Assembly (NCBI GenBank): GCA_030167865.1
Contig: JALAGF010000066.1
Coordinates: forward strand, 1-64,000
Reading direction: 5' to 3'
DNA: 64,000 nucleotides
DNA from: Craspedostauros australis
Lineage: Eukaryota
The notes beneath the pieces were generated by a model that was not told the DNA's origin, searched no databases, and saw only the letters and a program-made list of their open reading frames with translations. Position 1 is the stretch's first letter. The number at the start of each line of letters is the position of its first letter. A program made the translations under genes and the position numbers. Below are positions 1 through 13,134 of this stretch, piece by piece.

Positions 1-1
1 A

Positions 2-184
2 ATTAACGGCAGGTTGAAGCAGTGGGGCTGTTTGGGGCAGAAGTGGCGTCACCACGTGGACAAGCATCACACAGCCTTTCATGCAGTGGTGGTCATCACC
101 CAAATCGAGCTCTCTAACGGCTACCCAGCGTTCGACGCCGACAAGGCGCTGGCCACAGCTCGGCAGCGAATGGGTCACGACTAG
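2..184 (+). mobile_element. 3' end of a probable DDE transposase (PIF/Harbinger/ISL2EU-like, DDE_Tnp_4 type), cut by the window start
   Basis: Frame 2 is open from base 2 to TAG at 182-184: INGRLKQWGCLGQKWRHHVDKHHTAFHAVVVITQIELSNGYPAF. This resembles the C-terminal 'E-x-x-N-x-RLKxW/F-x-x-L-x-x-x-[FW]RH...' region of DDE_Tnp_4-family transposases. Only 60 codons are visible. Confidence 0.55.
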
Positions 185-1670
185 ACTGCATGTTTCATTT
201 AAAGTAGACACACGTTTCGTATTGAAGGCGTTGCTCTAACAATTAAACGTCTCTGCCATCGTGTCCGCGATTGATACGCCGCAGGGCCAAACGAATGTGA
301 CCGACGAGTGTACTACTATTAGCCTGATCGATGAAGTTGCATCTCGACCACCAGTGTTGTGTGATGGTAACAGGCAAAACTTCATTAACACACAACCAGT
401 ACACGTAAGTGGGTTGTTTGCGCGTGTTGGCATCAAATTTGGGGCGTAACAACAATTTCCCGGAGGCACGATCAACGGAGGAAACAACAGGTGCTGAGAA
501 GGCACGAACATTGTTGGACTGTTGCGTTGGCTGTGTCTCTGTTGCGCTTTCGTGTAATGGAAGCGATGGAGCGCGAAGGAAGATCGGCCACGCAGACTCC
601 GTCAATGGGAGGACGGCAACAACAGAAACACGGACGAATCGCTGTGCGATCGTGCAGAGTGGAAAGGCCAAGGTCGATGAACGGGAGCACAGACGAAACA
701 GCTGCAGGAATGACGACGAAAAACCACGGCACACCAGCCCCCGTCTTGTGCTTCCGCGCAGTCCAGCACACCAGCGCACGTCTTGTGCCTCCGCACAGGC
801 GACAACGAGGCGACAACGAGGCGAAGTCCAACAGCAACAACAACTGTACTGTGGAGGAGTGGTGGTGTGTTGCTTTATCACCAAGCCACAATGGTGATGT
901 GTCAGTGTTAGTACAGACCGGAGAGGCCAAAGGCAGCAGATGCCGCAGACGACCATTCCAACGTCAATGGCGGAGAGACAAGGAACGACGCAGGCAGAAG
1001 CGCACCCTGTGATGTCGTGGGCAAAACACAAAAAATTGTGAGCGAGACAATCACCGAAGCGTCGGCACATCAGCGACGATCGCATCGCAAAACTTGGCGT
1101 GTCCGAAAGCATCCGGAATTGTGATTTAAATTTTTTAGAAAAAAGGTGAAGGACACCGTTTTGTGACGAAAAATGCCCTTTGTAATGCACCACTCAAATG
1201 GATTACCGCGCCTCCCTGTGACAACAACAACATTAGTTCAGTCTGCCTCGAAGATTTTCTTTTGCGTCCGACAACGAAGCCCATGGCGCAAAGATCTTCA
1301 CACTTGCATCCACCTCGGACTCCTCTTCTTGCAGAGCATCACGCCATACTCGTACTCTGACTATCCAGCAAACACACGTGGCAAGAGATTACCTTCCACC
1401 CTGCGGAGTGAAGTGATTGCAGCATCATGGCGAACAACAATGGCGACATGGATAAGCTCCAAACGGTGAGCGACGGCGACTTTCACTCATACTTGGACAT
1501 TGCAGCATTGAGATGCATAACGTCATCACAGATGCCTTGCAGCTCTCTCGCAGTGCCTTGTTCCGTTGGTTGTTGATCATGTGCAGATCTCACACTCGGC
1601 TCGTATCTATCCCACCCTCCTAAAATGCTTGCTTTGATCTCCGCCCGCTCATCCAACATGTACTTGTCAC

Positions 1671-3439
1671 ATGCAACAGGCTTTCTCGGAGCTCGCCAGG
1701 ATGTTTGGCTCCGTCGATGAATTGCTGGAAACCTTTGGATTGGCGCACATGCCAACGGCGCAACGCTACGGCATTCTGGTTGGATTCGTCGTCTTCATCT
1801 GCACCGTCACGGCAGTCATCACGCTTTTGGTCATGGGCGGATCGATCCAACGCATTGCCGAACAGGCCGAGACGGGCAGCTCTACAGTGCAGGAAGGCTA
1901 CAAGGCCCGCATGGGACGTGCCTTGCTGTTCGAGCGGTTGCTGGAGGCACGCCAGCGGATGCTCAAGGATAACTATGCGAAGAGCGAGCAGCCGAAGGAT
2001 GTACCGGAGCTCACCAACCTCACCCGCATGCTGCTCAACGTGGTGCCACCCTCCAAGTCCAAGAAGAAGAAGACCGATTCATCGGCGGCGGCGGCCTATC
2101 AGCAAAACTATGCGTCAGCCTACAGAAAGTGCCAAGATAAACCAGGAGGTACGCACTGCATGTTGCATGTCATCGTTTATGCAGAAAACATGATCGTGGG
2201 TGCACAGATCGTGGGTGCACAGATCGTGGATTGGTGGATGAGCGAAGCAGAACAGATAATCTTGGATGCGATTGCATCGTCACAGAGCAGATCGGATCTC
2301 GACCATGCCTGTATTTGTATGTTGTGTCAGTTGTGCTGTAGAAGTGGGACATTGTTTTAGCATCATCCTCTCACACACACCATGTCCTGTTCACTTTCAC
2401 GCCCATTTGCATCTCCATGAACCTGAACACAACCGTGCCCGTGCCCATGCATGTACGCCCATTTCCATCTCCATGAACAACAACATGCAACACGACTCCA
2501 CAACATGCCGACCTGATCAATCCGTAACCGTCGTGCACTTATCCTCGTACAACCGTAGGAGCTATTCTGACAGGCCGTCCCGAGGCCCGGTTCGAGGCAT
2601 ACTCGCGCGCCTTTGCCGGATGCGGCGATGCGACAGATGCCAGCTACCGAAGATCGTACGCGCGCGTGTACGAATCCTTGGCATGCGATTCGCACAAGAC
2701 GGATGATATGTTCAATAAGATGTTCGAAAGCACGCCAGAGGCAATCGTTGGGAAGTCCGTCCGTCTCGAGGGGCTCAATGTCAAGGATCATCTGCAAGAC
2801 ATCTTCACGGCTACTAGCGGAGGCGTCTTCCATGAGACCAAATCGTACGACGCACACAAGGTATGGGGTTTCATGGAGGATGGGCCATTCAAAAGCGCGG
2901 AGGCGATGGCGAAGTCCAGACTCTTCCAACGTTTGTCGAACGAAGCGGCCTTCTGCATTCGGCAGAATCTGACCAACCGGGTCATCGGCGCCGTCGTCCT
3001 CAAACACGACAGTCCAAGCAACCTGTCCATCCAAATGGAAGCGCCGATGTTGCATCCAAACTTTTGGGAATCGAAGGAACAGTTCGAGACATGCTTCCTG
3101 CTGCTCGACCGGTTGTTCGCACATGGGTACCGGCGCATCCAGATGTCTGTAGATGTCAATGATACTGACGGCGCCAAGCTGGCCGGACGGCTCGGCTTCA
3201 CGTTCGAAGGATGCCTCATCAAGCACATGATCGTGAAGGATTCCAGCCGTGACAGCAACGTGCATGGCATGCTCAACAATGATTGGAAGAATGGTGCGAG
3301 GCTCGCCATGTACAAGAAGCTGTACGGTGCTTCAGCTGCACGCGCGGATGTCAACAACAACAACAAGGAGGAGGAAATTGATGGGCAGACCCAAGGTCTG
3401 GCCGAGCAGAAGGCCGAGGAAGCAAAAAAGAAGCAGTAG
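1671..3439 (+). CDS. GNAT N-acetyltransferase (RimJ/RimL-like, Acetyltransf_3) with an N-terminal transmembrane helix; 2 exons (1671-2148, 2559-3439), ~452 aa
   Basis: Donor G|gtacgc at 2149 and acceptor cgtag|GA at 2558 join the two ORFs in frame. C-terminal GNAT motif LFAHGYRRIQMSVDVND...AGRLGFTFEG...HMIVKDSSRD. Hydrophobic segment ILVGFVVFICTVTAVITLLVM. Confidence 0.85.
2192..2229. repeat. 15-bp tandem repeat (GATCGTGGGTGCACA, ~2.5 copies) inside the GNAT intron
   Basis: Read directly from the sequence. Confidence 0.9.
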
Positions 3440-4544
3440 AGTATGGCATCATAAGTACGAGTACGCGTCGCTACCATTGTACCATACTGGTACGTGCGTT
3501 ATGACAGATGCATTCGTGTTGGTACTATTCTATATAACTGCCTTGTGATTCAGTCCCTCGCTCCTGATGGTCGTGCTGATTCTGTACTTGCTGCTTGGGG
3601 AGGGGTTTCCGTCAACTCCTCTTGGTCTTGCCCACGTTAGCTGGACTTCCTTTTTGTTTGGTCGTCATGGACGACAGACCGGCAACCGCCGCCTGGGCTA
3701 CCATGCCCTGCCAGCGCTTGCCAGTCCTGTTGGGCAACGCATCTACGGTGGTACAACACGCATCTACGTAATTGATATCTATTTTCTAATTAATCTTTTT
3801 TCTTTCACTTGTTCTTGGTTTCTGGCTAGCGATCATGCTTGACGAAGTAAGTTGGTTAGGTTTGCACTGGCTGCGGCGGCGAATGGACGTTCGCTCCTGC
3901 GTAAATCGTCAACCATCTGCATGGTCTCATTTTTTGCATGGTGCACAACAGTTGGTCCGCACACCGACGTTCTCGGCGCGATCATTCAATCGTCGATGAT
4001 CGCGCACGAAGCACGGGCAAACCCATGGAATCCTTCTCTCGTTTTTCTGCTTGGACGTGGACAACATCGAACACGAAGGACCTGGCCTTAACCTGATCAC
4101 CCGACATGTTTTGATTTTTCTTTGACCCTCCCTGCGGAAGGTCTGACAATAACGTATGGTATATCGACATGGAGACAAATGTAGCTTTCAAGCAATGCGT
4201 TGGTTCTTCTTCTCCTCACTCCGTTCTTTCCCCTCGCTCACATTTTAGGGTTTCCTCTGTTCTCCCTTTTCTTACTTGCATGTGTGTGTTTTCATTGATG
4301 CAACTGACATGAGCTTGTCGGTCTGCATGACATAATAAATATAGAGTATGCCCTCCTGCGATTGAGTGGGCGTTTTGTTTTCTTCTGTTCTGCATCTTCA
4401 TGCATTGATTCATTGTTTCTCTTTTCTTGTTTGACATAAAGGTTGGGCGTGACATGGGCAGCAGCAGCATCATCCGCAACGGCCACGACGACATACAAGT
4501 CGTGTAGCTTCGCGATGCGCGACGCTCACCCAACTCCTTTTTTG

Positions 4545-7500
4545 TTAGAAAAGAGACGGAGTGGCAGCGCCGTATGGGGTCGCGGGTTGCGTGCTGGATT
4601 CTTCGTATTCGAGCTTCTCGGCTGCGCCCGATAGCTTCAGGATGGACCCGAGGCTGTTTGCGATGCTTTCATCCAGTTCTGGAGACCGGAGGGACGATCC
4701 TCGGCTCTTCGAGAGGTCGGCCCAGACGGAAGTCGCCACGGTTTCGGAAACGCTCTCCATGCTGCTGACGCGGGAGAACATTGGGTTCCCCATCTGCCCG
4801 TTGGAACCGTTGAGGCCGAGAGCAAGGTTGTTCGGGCTTGCAACGGCACGGTTGGGGCCCTCTCGTCCCTGATCGTATGTATCAACGCCTCGGAACACAG
4901 ATGAGGAGCCACCCACGATTGGCGAACTATCCCTCATCGAATCGTGTGCGAAGCCTGCAGCGAATGGATTCGGTGCTTGGGTGCTCCTCCCGACGATCAT
5001 CTCGCTCTCGTGACCACCCAGATCGGGATAGAGCGATTGAGATCGTGGCGCGTGGCCAAGGGAGAGATCGTCTCCGTTGCTGTTGGACGTGGACAGGATC
5101 GATGTGGCCGACAAAGATCGCTCTCGGTTGGCACCAATCACGCTGGGGCTTGTCGGGCCTCCGATGTCTCCCCAGAGGCCGCCTCCTGGTGCAGGCAGGT
5201 TGTTGCCGTGCATGGGAGGAGTTGCATGGCGAGTAGCAGCACTAGCAGCAGCAACGCCGCCACCGCCGTACTTTGTCTGTTGCAGTCCTGGAGGTGGTCC
5301 GCGGAAATGGGTGTCGAATCCGAGGGACGCGAGGTCCTTGCTTTGCTTGTTGCTTGCGTGAGGAGACAGCGTTTGTGCTCGTCGTCGATTGGGGCCGATG
5401 GCCGTGTCGAACATCATGCCGGCGTTGGCGCTGACGTTGCCTGGCGAGGAGCTGAAGGCGCGGGGCTGGTTTTCCATTGGAAACCCGACGTTGCCTGGTG
5501 CTGTGTTGGAGCGGTTACGAAGATGCGGTGACGAGGACACATCATCCGAAGCACTTTGCGAGACGAAACCGCTGTACTCAGATATGTTGGAGGCAACGCT
5601 CGTGGTCTCCCAGGTCTCAACTCTATGTTGCTGCTGCTGCTGCTGCTGCTGTGGTTGTTGCTGGTGTGGCCATGTGATGTATGGATCCTGGTTGCGGTCA
5701 GCCGTGAACATGGAGCTGGTTGTGCTACTCCCACCGCCTCCATTGTAGGGACCGTTGTTGCCCATGTGACCTATAGCGCCGGTCTTCATGGAGGGATGAT
5801 GGTGATGATGATGTGCGTGGTACCCGGTTTGCAGAGGCACTGGCGCCTGGACAGGCGAAGGCTGTTCCCGTGAGCTCGATGACACTTGCACAGAGGCGGG
5901 GATGTCGGAGGCGGGATCGGAGAAGCTGCGGGATGCGATGTTCACCTGCTGCTGGTTGAGCATGTCACTTGCGCCGAAGTCATCACGGCGACCTTCGTTG
6001 CCGAATCTGGACCCATCGAGAGCGATGGGCGAGAATTGGCGGGCCTGCTGTTGCAAGCTTTGATCGCGGGAGTTCGTGGAGCCGTCGGATCGTTCGACTG
6101 CGGCTTCTGCTTGCAACCGTGCCTTCGTCATCTGCTTGAGCTCCTGGACTGTGAGACCGTGTGGCAGTTTGGACTTTTTGCTGTTGACGCTGGCTCCGGA
6201 GCCGGTGCTGGGGTTTGCGCTGCCAGCCATGGCGTGGCCATCTCCCGCTGTTGCTGTTGCTGCCACCCCTGCGGCCATCACCCCTGCGCTGAGCTCGTTG
6301 GGGAACTGCTGCTTTGGTAGGGCGCGGCAATTGAACTGGTTGTTGCTCGCTCCCCCACCGCCGAACACTTGTGCTTGTGGCGAAGACCGGACCTGCGATC
6401 AACGGCAGCGTTTGTTGTCATCGTATTGGTTTGATTGCGACCAGGATGACCCGATGTGAAGAAAGGGAGAAAAGGAAGACCAGCATCCGATTCATCGCAT
6501 AAGTACGGGTATGCATGACATGTGAGTTTGTGGTGGCGGTGGCGCAATACTGACACAGTACTAATGCAATATTGACGCATCCACGATGCGACAGATGCTG
6601 CAAGCATGATTCTCAACCCAACCCCACTCAGACCAAGTCTTCGCCACAAACCACGGTTGGACAAGAACCAACCGCGCAGATCATAGACCCCTTTGTTGCA
6701 ATGCAACGTGGGACCGCGGAGACACAGAGAGACTCCATCGAGATCATCGCATAGTTCACATGGTTCTTTGTCGAACTCACCCCATGTCTTGCATTCGGTT
6801 GCGTGCTTTGGGCTGGAACGGTTCTCTCCCTCGATGTCCAATGGTGATGATTTTTGCTACCGCTGCCGTTGGGGTTGCTGGTCACTGGAACACCGGTAGC
6901 AGCGGGATTCCCGAAGGCTGCACCGCGATAATGACCATTCGCTTGAGCGCTGCCGATCCTGTGGCCGCTGACACTAACATTATGAGACTGTCCATGGCGT
7001 TGCTGCTGTTGCTGTTGTTGATGCTGCTGTTGGCTCTGCTTGCCGCGGCCGGACGCACTTGGCGCATCTTTTCCCCCATCGCGAGAGCGGTTCTTCGATT
7101 GGCTGTGATGGTGGCTGTTGCCCTTGCCACCACCGCCAAATCCAGAACGGAACGTAGCCCCGAATCCCTTCCCATGGTTCTGCTCTTGCGCCAATCGTCG
7201 GGCGGTCTGCTTCTTCAGATCCTGCGATCCCCCAGTAACACCATCGTCATCGTGGAGATTGCCATCGTGAAGATCACCGTCGATACCGTCAACACCACAA
7301 ACAGCGCGAGGAGGCACAACACAGGAACACAAGGAAGGGGAACAAAGGAAAGAAAAAAGAGCGAAAAACCAACGGTCAGAAATGTTCAGTGAGAAAGACA
7401 GAAAGGACGATCGGAGACACGGATTTTGAATTAATCAGGCTATATTTTCCGAGTTTTCTGACGTCAGCACTTAAGGACGAAAAAAACGATCAAATGACCA

Positions 7501-7842
7501 TGTACGTAGAGTTTGTACTGATTCCACCTTATTTCCACGAGGATCCTGGTGGCGTTTTCGTCCGAGAAAACAAAAAACGAAACCCAGGATCTTCTCTCGT
7601 TTCCCACTTGTTACGCCGTTGTGTCGTGTTGTGCCGTGTTGTTTCTGTGTCGTGTCGTGACTGCGGATACGGCTGTGGTCCGCCGGTTCGTGCTGCGCTT
7701 GTGGCGATGTTCGTACCTCGATTGTGATCCCCTTGGGCTGCGCTCTCGATCGTCCCGATAATGGCTTCTGTCCTGGTCGTTGCTTGGGCTGCTTCTTGGC
7801 CTTGGGCTGTGGCATGGCGCCCACCTTGGAGAGGAACGGCAT
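4545..7842 (-). CDS. Low-complexity (Q/S/G/N/H-rich) protein of unknown function; 3 exons (7842-7717, 7221-6781, 6392-4545), ~804 aa
   Basis: Donors GAG|gtacga (7716) and GGG|gtgagt (6780). Both acceptors read gatcgcag|G (7222, 6393). All junctions are phase 0. Splicing creates GITIEDLKKQTARRL, a repeat of the downstream motif GLTVQELKQMTKARL. PolyQ and polyH tracts. Confidence 0.7.
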
Positions 7843-10395
7843 GGTGACGATGTTGACGATGCTGATGATGGTGGTTGCCAGGGGCTTGACACCCCGTTTT
7901 GGGGCGAAATTATGTGAGGCCTGTGTGGAGAAATTGTGATTTCTCTGGTGGGCTGCAGAATTTTGGTGGTTTGTTTGTCGCAGTGTTGTGTGCATCGCGT
8001 CGAAGCGTGCGAGTTGCGCGCAACGGATCATTCCAAGCGTCTTCCGCTCCACCAATCATGTGGATCGTGGAAATCCGAACGGTCGCCACGCATCCGTGTG
8101 GGTGATTTCGGCGGCACTCTTCGAGGAGCTCTAACTTCGCTTTCCGTAATTGTCGCTGATGCCGTCGTGGAGGCGTGTGGAAGCACACGAAGAGATGCGC
8201 AATGTCACGGGACCCTCCACGATCAACAACACGTCCCGAATACAGTTCCTCATTCGTGTTCGTGTCACGCACATGCTGCCGTGCACCGTCACATCATGGA
8301 TGTAATACTATTATTCATGGTGTACGCACAGTGCTCCATGTAATAGTAACAATAACAATAACAACAACAATAACGCTGCTCGACTCTCTCTCTCTCTCTT
8401 TCTACCGACAAAGCCAAAGCTTCAATGGTACAAGATGATTCCTGGGATGATGATGCAAATAGCGAGGGAGACAGACAGAGATGGTGCAGAGCATAGTCGT
8501 AGTATAATAGAGAACAAAAACAACAACAAACGATTACAGTTCTGTTTCTCTCCATTCCTTCGCTCTCGCCGACGAGCCCAAGCTGTAGTCGTGCAAGAGA
8601 TCTCACGAGAACATCAAGGCTTCGCTTGTGGTAAGGAGCCAATTGGCGGTACATTATCGTCATACTATAGTCCAGTACTATACTCTGTACTCCATACTCG
8701 TCTTGAGATGGAGAGTGACGAAGAGATTCGGCTGTTGCGTGTCAGAAGAGTCATGGTGTCCGTTCCGTGTCCACTCACACCAACATACTCGTACTGATCG
8801 ACACCAATGTCTATCTGCAAGAGCACAAACACGAGGGCTCCGACCATCAATCTGCGCATGACAAGATCAGAGCTGCTCGTACGAATGCCTTGGGTCATCA
8901 TCGCCACAAGCTAATGAGACGCATTGGATGAGGTTAACCCGCAAAGTACGGATTTGAAACGCAACATGCCACGGCGGCATCGCAGCTGCGGGGAGCGGGA
9001 TAAAATACACGGAGCATAGCAGTGTGCGCATTTGTGAACTTTGTGCATGACTTGTACGGCAAATTAATTCGGTTCTTGGGAAGAAGAGGCTCTATCGATA
9101 CGGAGCGTGCGTGTCAGCGTGTGCATTTACGAACGGGTGGTGGCTTTGCTCATCACAATCAACCAATTCCCACGCTTCGCAAACAGCGTGATCGATCCGA
9201 GAAGGAACAAAACCACGCGATGACCACACGCCGGCCAAACGCAAGTTCATAATTGGTGGGAGTGTGGCGTTGGTGGCGATGCTGGTGTTGGACGGAGTCC
9301 GCGAAAAGCGATGACCGTGTCGCAGCGATGGAAACATCTAAATTCCGATTGACGACGGTTAGTTTGACGGTTCCTTGGTTGGGCTCGTGATGTCGAACAA
9401 CGACTGGCAGGCTCGCCGGCTCGATGTCACACATGTTTTATGCATCATTTTGAACGTTCTTCTGTTGTGTTCTGGTTCTTGGCTTCGCGATGTTTCTTTT
9501 CAACTCCACACAGACACGAATCACCAAGCGTGAATCGAGATGAAACGACATCGGCCAGTCGATTCAATTGACCACAAAGATTCGGACAAACGAATAGTGG
9601 TTCGTTGTATTGTAGTCGGATTATTCCGAAATAAAGAACAACAGAACATCAGAATCTTGACACCCCTTCACCAATCAGGAAGCGCAAGGAGACACGCTCA
9701 GTTCGACCAAGTTTGTCTGTGGCAGAACGAACGAGAGGAGACCCACGCGATGATGCCACCCAAACACAAAGTTCCGAGAACAAGGATCGCAGAGAGAGGC
9801 GAAGACAAACACGGGAGAGACAAGATCGACAACATTCTTCGGCTGTCAACTCCTCGCTCAAGGAGGGGGAACAAAAAGGAGCAAAAAGAAGGCACCACAC
9901 AGAGACAGGAAGGAACCTTCGCAGGCAGAGAGAAGCAAAAGAAGACTCGGTGCACACAAAGACGGCGACGTCAACATCAACAAACAAACCGACAACGACA
10001 TCAACTTCACCATCGTCATCGTCACCGTCATTGACATCAGCATCAGCATCAACATCAACATCAACATCAGGCACCATCCCTGGGAGAGGACAGGACAGGC
10101 CACGGAATCAACGCTACTCCCATCAACGTGAGTTTACTCATAGCGACAGCCGCAGGCGATCAAAGCAATCACCCACAGCGGCGAAAAGACGGACACCCAA
10201 GCACGAGCAGGGCGAACCGGGCACAGCAAGTCCTCCACTCCACCACAACCCCATTCTACCCCATTCCACGAGCACTCGTACAGCATCTGTCATTGAAGAA
10301 AGCCGAACCGCAATACGCCACACTAGATTACTCTGCGCTGCGCTATTCCACAGAGTACACGATACTGCACTCTCAGCAGAGCATTGGAATTGAAC

Positions 10396-13134
10396 ATGAT
10401 CAGGAATATCTCCATCAAGGCAGCCGCTTCGCTGTGCGGTCGGCATCAGAGCAAGCACGTGGTCTCGCAACTCGCGCAGGCTGGCTCAATCCCGGCTGCG
10501 GGGTCGGCAGGCCTGGCCACTTCTTTCATCCCGGCTTCGTTCTCAACCACAGCAGGTCTGGGCTTTGGTGCCAGGGATGGCTTTGCGGATGCCCCTCTCG
10601 CTGAGCCACTTCCTGCCGTAGCCTACGACTACATTGACTTTGACGATGATGCTGGCGATGTTGACACCGATGGTTCTGGTAGTAGAACCAACCACGCAAT
10701 CAATGCGCAACACACACACCATTCGGACGACGTCAATTCGAGGTTCGGGTTTTCAACAACGTCGCAGGCGTCATCGCTCAGAACCGGAATCCCTGGGCAA
10801 TCCTCACAAACCAAACACGCATTCGAGGCATGCGTTGGTGGCAGTGGTAGTGGTCCACGCGGGGTGTCTGGACCAACCCATGCCTCTGCCACCTTCTCTT
10901 CGTCGTCCGACAACATCCCATTCCGCAAATCCGGAGGTGGAGGATCTGGGCGGCACAAATGTCCCAAATGCGGAACCAGCGTCACCTTCCGCCATGGCGA
11001 TTTCGAGGAAAACACCTTCTACTGCGCCACATGCTCTGGCTGGTTCATGGCGAAGACGAGCGAGCCGCTGGAGCGAGGTGCAGGGACCGGTCGTCCTGTC
11101 CAAGAGAGTCAGTTCATGTCCAAGGATCCATCTCACGATCACTCGCAACATCCGCAACGCGCTTTCATGCAGAATGTAAGTTGCCATCACGGCATTTCCG
11201 ACAAGCGCCTGTTCGAAGAATTATTCCGAGACAACAAACTGCCTCCCAACTCCAAGGTTTTCCCATTCTATTTCCATCGTCTTGATGGTGCATGTGATGC
11301 GATCGCAGAATGGATGAGTGTCTGATTAGGCAAACGGATGCCGACCAAATTGGGCATGAAGCGATTTCCACCTGCTGATGTCAGCGATGGTTGAGCTGTT
11401 GTCACCACCAACCCTCAACAACGATTGTGAACAAGCTTGCAATTGCTGACACCTTGCTGCAAACAATCTCTCATGAATTATTCTATTCTGCTGCTCTGCT
11501 ACCACCAATAATTGCATATGCCTCAATTGGGCAATTTGTCGCCACCTTGCCAATATTTTATGAATGACTGGGCTCACTACTCTACTCATCTCTACTCATG
11601 GTTACTCATATCTGATTGATAGATCCCTCCCCATCCAACCGACGATGGGCTGGGGCAGAACGAGACGTTGTCATCGCAAGGGATTCCGGATGATCAAAAT
11701 GCAGGCTTCGGTGGCAACGCCAGGAGTCAAGAGGCACCGACGAAAAGCATGCCAACCCCACAGGAGATCCGCCGCGGATTGGATGAGTACGTCATCGGAC
11801 AGGGCAACGTCAAGGTCGCCCTGTCCGTGGGTGTTTACAACCACTACAAGAGGATCTTCGTCGCAGAATCGCAAGCAGCGACCGAACCAAGACGGTCACC
11901 CGAGGGGCAGCCACAGCCAGAGACCAGCGCCCCGCCCACCGGCGACGTCGGTGGAATCCATGACCTCAATCTGGACCAATTCGGCTCGACACGAAATGCC
12001 AGCACAACCAAGGGCTACGCCGCAGATCGCATCGACCTTTCCACTGACACCAACAGCATACGCAGCAACATCATATCCGATATCGAGGACTGCGAGATTG
12101 ACAAGAGCAACATCATGCTGTTGGGACCAACCGGAAGCGGCAAGACGCATCTCGTTAAGACACTGGCCAAGCTGATAGACGTCCCGCTCGTCATTACGGA
12201 TGCAACATGCCTCACGCAGGCTGGTTACGTCGGTGAGGATGTGGAGAGCATCCTGTTCAAGCTCTACCTGGAGAGCGGGCAGGACATCGCGCGCTGCCAA
12301 CGCGGGATCGTGTATATTGACGAAACCGACAAGATCCGGAAATCAGGCGGCAATGTCAGCATCAGCCGCGACGTCAGCGGAGAGGGCGTCCAGCACGCCC
12401 TCCTCAAGATCGTCGAGGGCAACATCGTGAACGTCCCCAAGGAGCCCGGCCGAAAGAACCCAAGAGGCGAATTCCTGCAGATCGACACCTCCAACATATT
12501 ATTCATCTGCGGAGGCGCCTACGCTGGTTTGGAGCGCATCGTGAACCGCAGAATCGACGTCGCCTCCATCGGCTTCGGTGCCGAGATGAAGAAGGAAATC
12601 GAGGATCCCAAGGTTCAGGGCCGTTACTTCGACAGCGTCATCCCCAAGGATCTCGTGGACTTCGGAATGATCCCTGAGTTTGTCGGGCGCTTCCCGGTCA
12701 TCGTCTCGACCAAGGGGCTCGATCTTGAGAACCTGATGAACATCTTGACAAAGCCAAAGAACTCCATCATGAAGCAGTACAAACGCCTCTTCGCCATCGA
12801 TGACGTCGAATTCTACATCACGGATTGCGGCTTGAAGGAGATCGCCAAGGAGGCGTTCGTACGTGGCACCGGCGCACGCGGACTGCGTTCCATCACCGAT
12901 CGCGTGCTGATGGAGACCCAGTACATCGTCCCATCGCTCGAGGATGTGCACACAGTCTACCTTGATGCCGCTGCCGTGCGCGGGGAGCGCAAGCCGGTGC
13001 TTTTGAAGGATCCTGAGATGACCGTCGAGAAGTACGAACAGCTCATGAGCGAAGGTAGGGATCATGTGGATGGTGCCATGGTGGTCAGCATCGACGAGGA
13101 GGATTCGGACGCGGATCGCTACGAGGTGGCTTGA
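10396..13134 (+). CDS. clpX: ATP-dependent Clp protease ATP-binding subunit ClpX, probably mitochondrial; 2 exons (10396-11175, 11623-13134), ~763 aa
   Basis: Walker [19 protein letters not shown] pore loop, Walker [28 protein letters not shown] loop (SIGFGAE), N-terminal C4 zinc finger CPKC...CATC and a basic presequence. Phase-0 intron AAT|gtaagt...gatag|ATC. Confidence 0.95.

Noticed and set aside
243-1193. 316-aa minus-strand ORF as a possible second (Myb-like) Harbinger gene
   Set aside because: No ATG start and no Myb/trihelix pattern; its composition looks non-coding.
7500-7550. Possible small exon (cag|GATCCTCGTGGAAATAAG|gt) inside intron 1 of the 7842-4545 gene
   Set aside because: The donor is weak, and inclusion would interrupt the repeated GITIEDLKKQT motif formed by direct exon 1-exon 2 joining.
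9540-10393. Several 140-230-aa ORFs upstream of ClpX
   Set aside because: Low-complexity translations of (CATCAA/CATCAG)n microsatellite-rich intergenic or UTR sequence.
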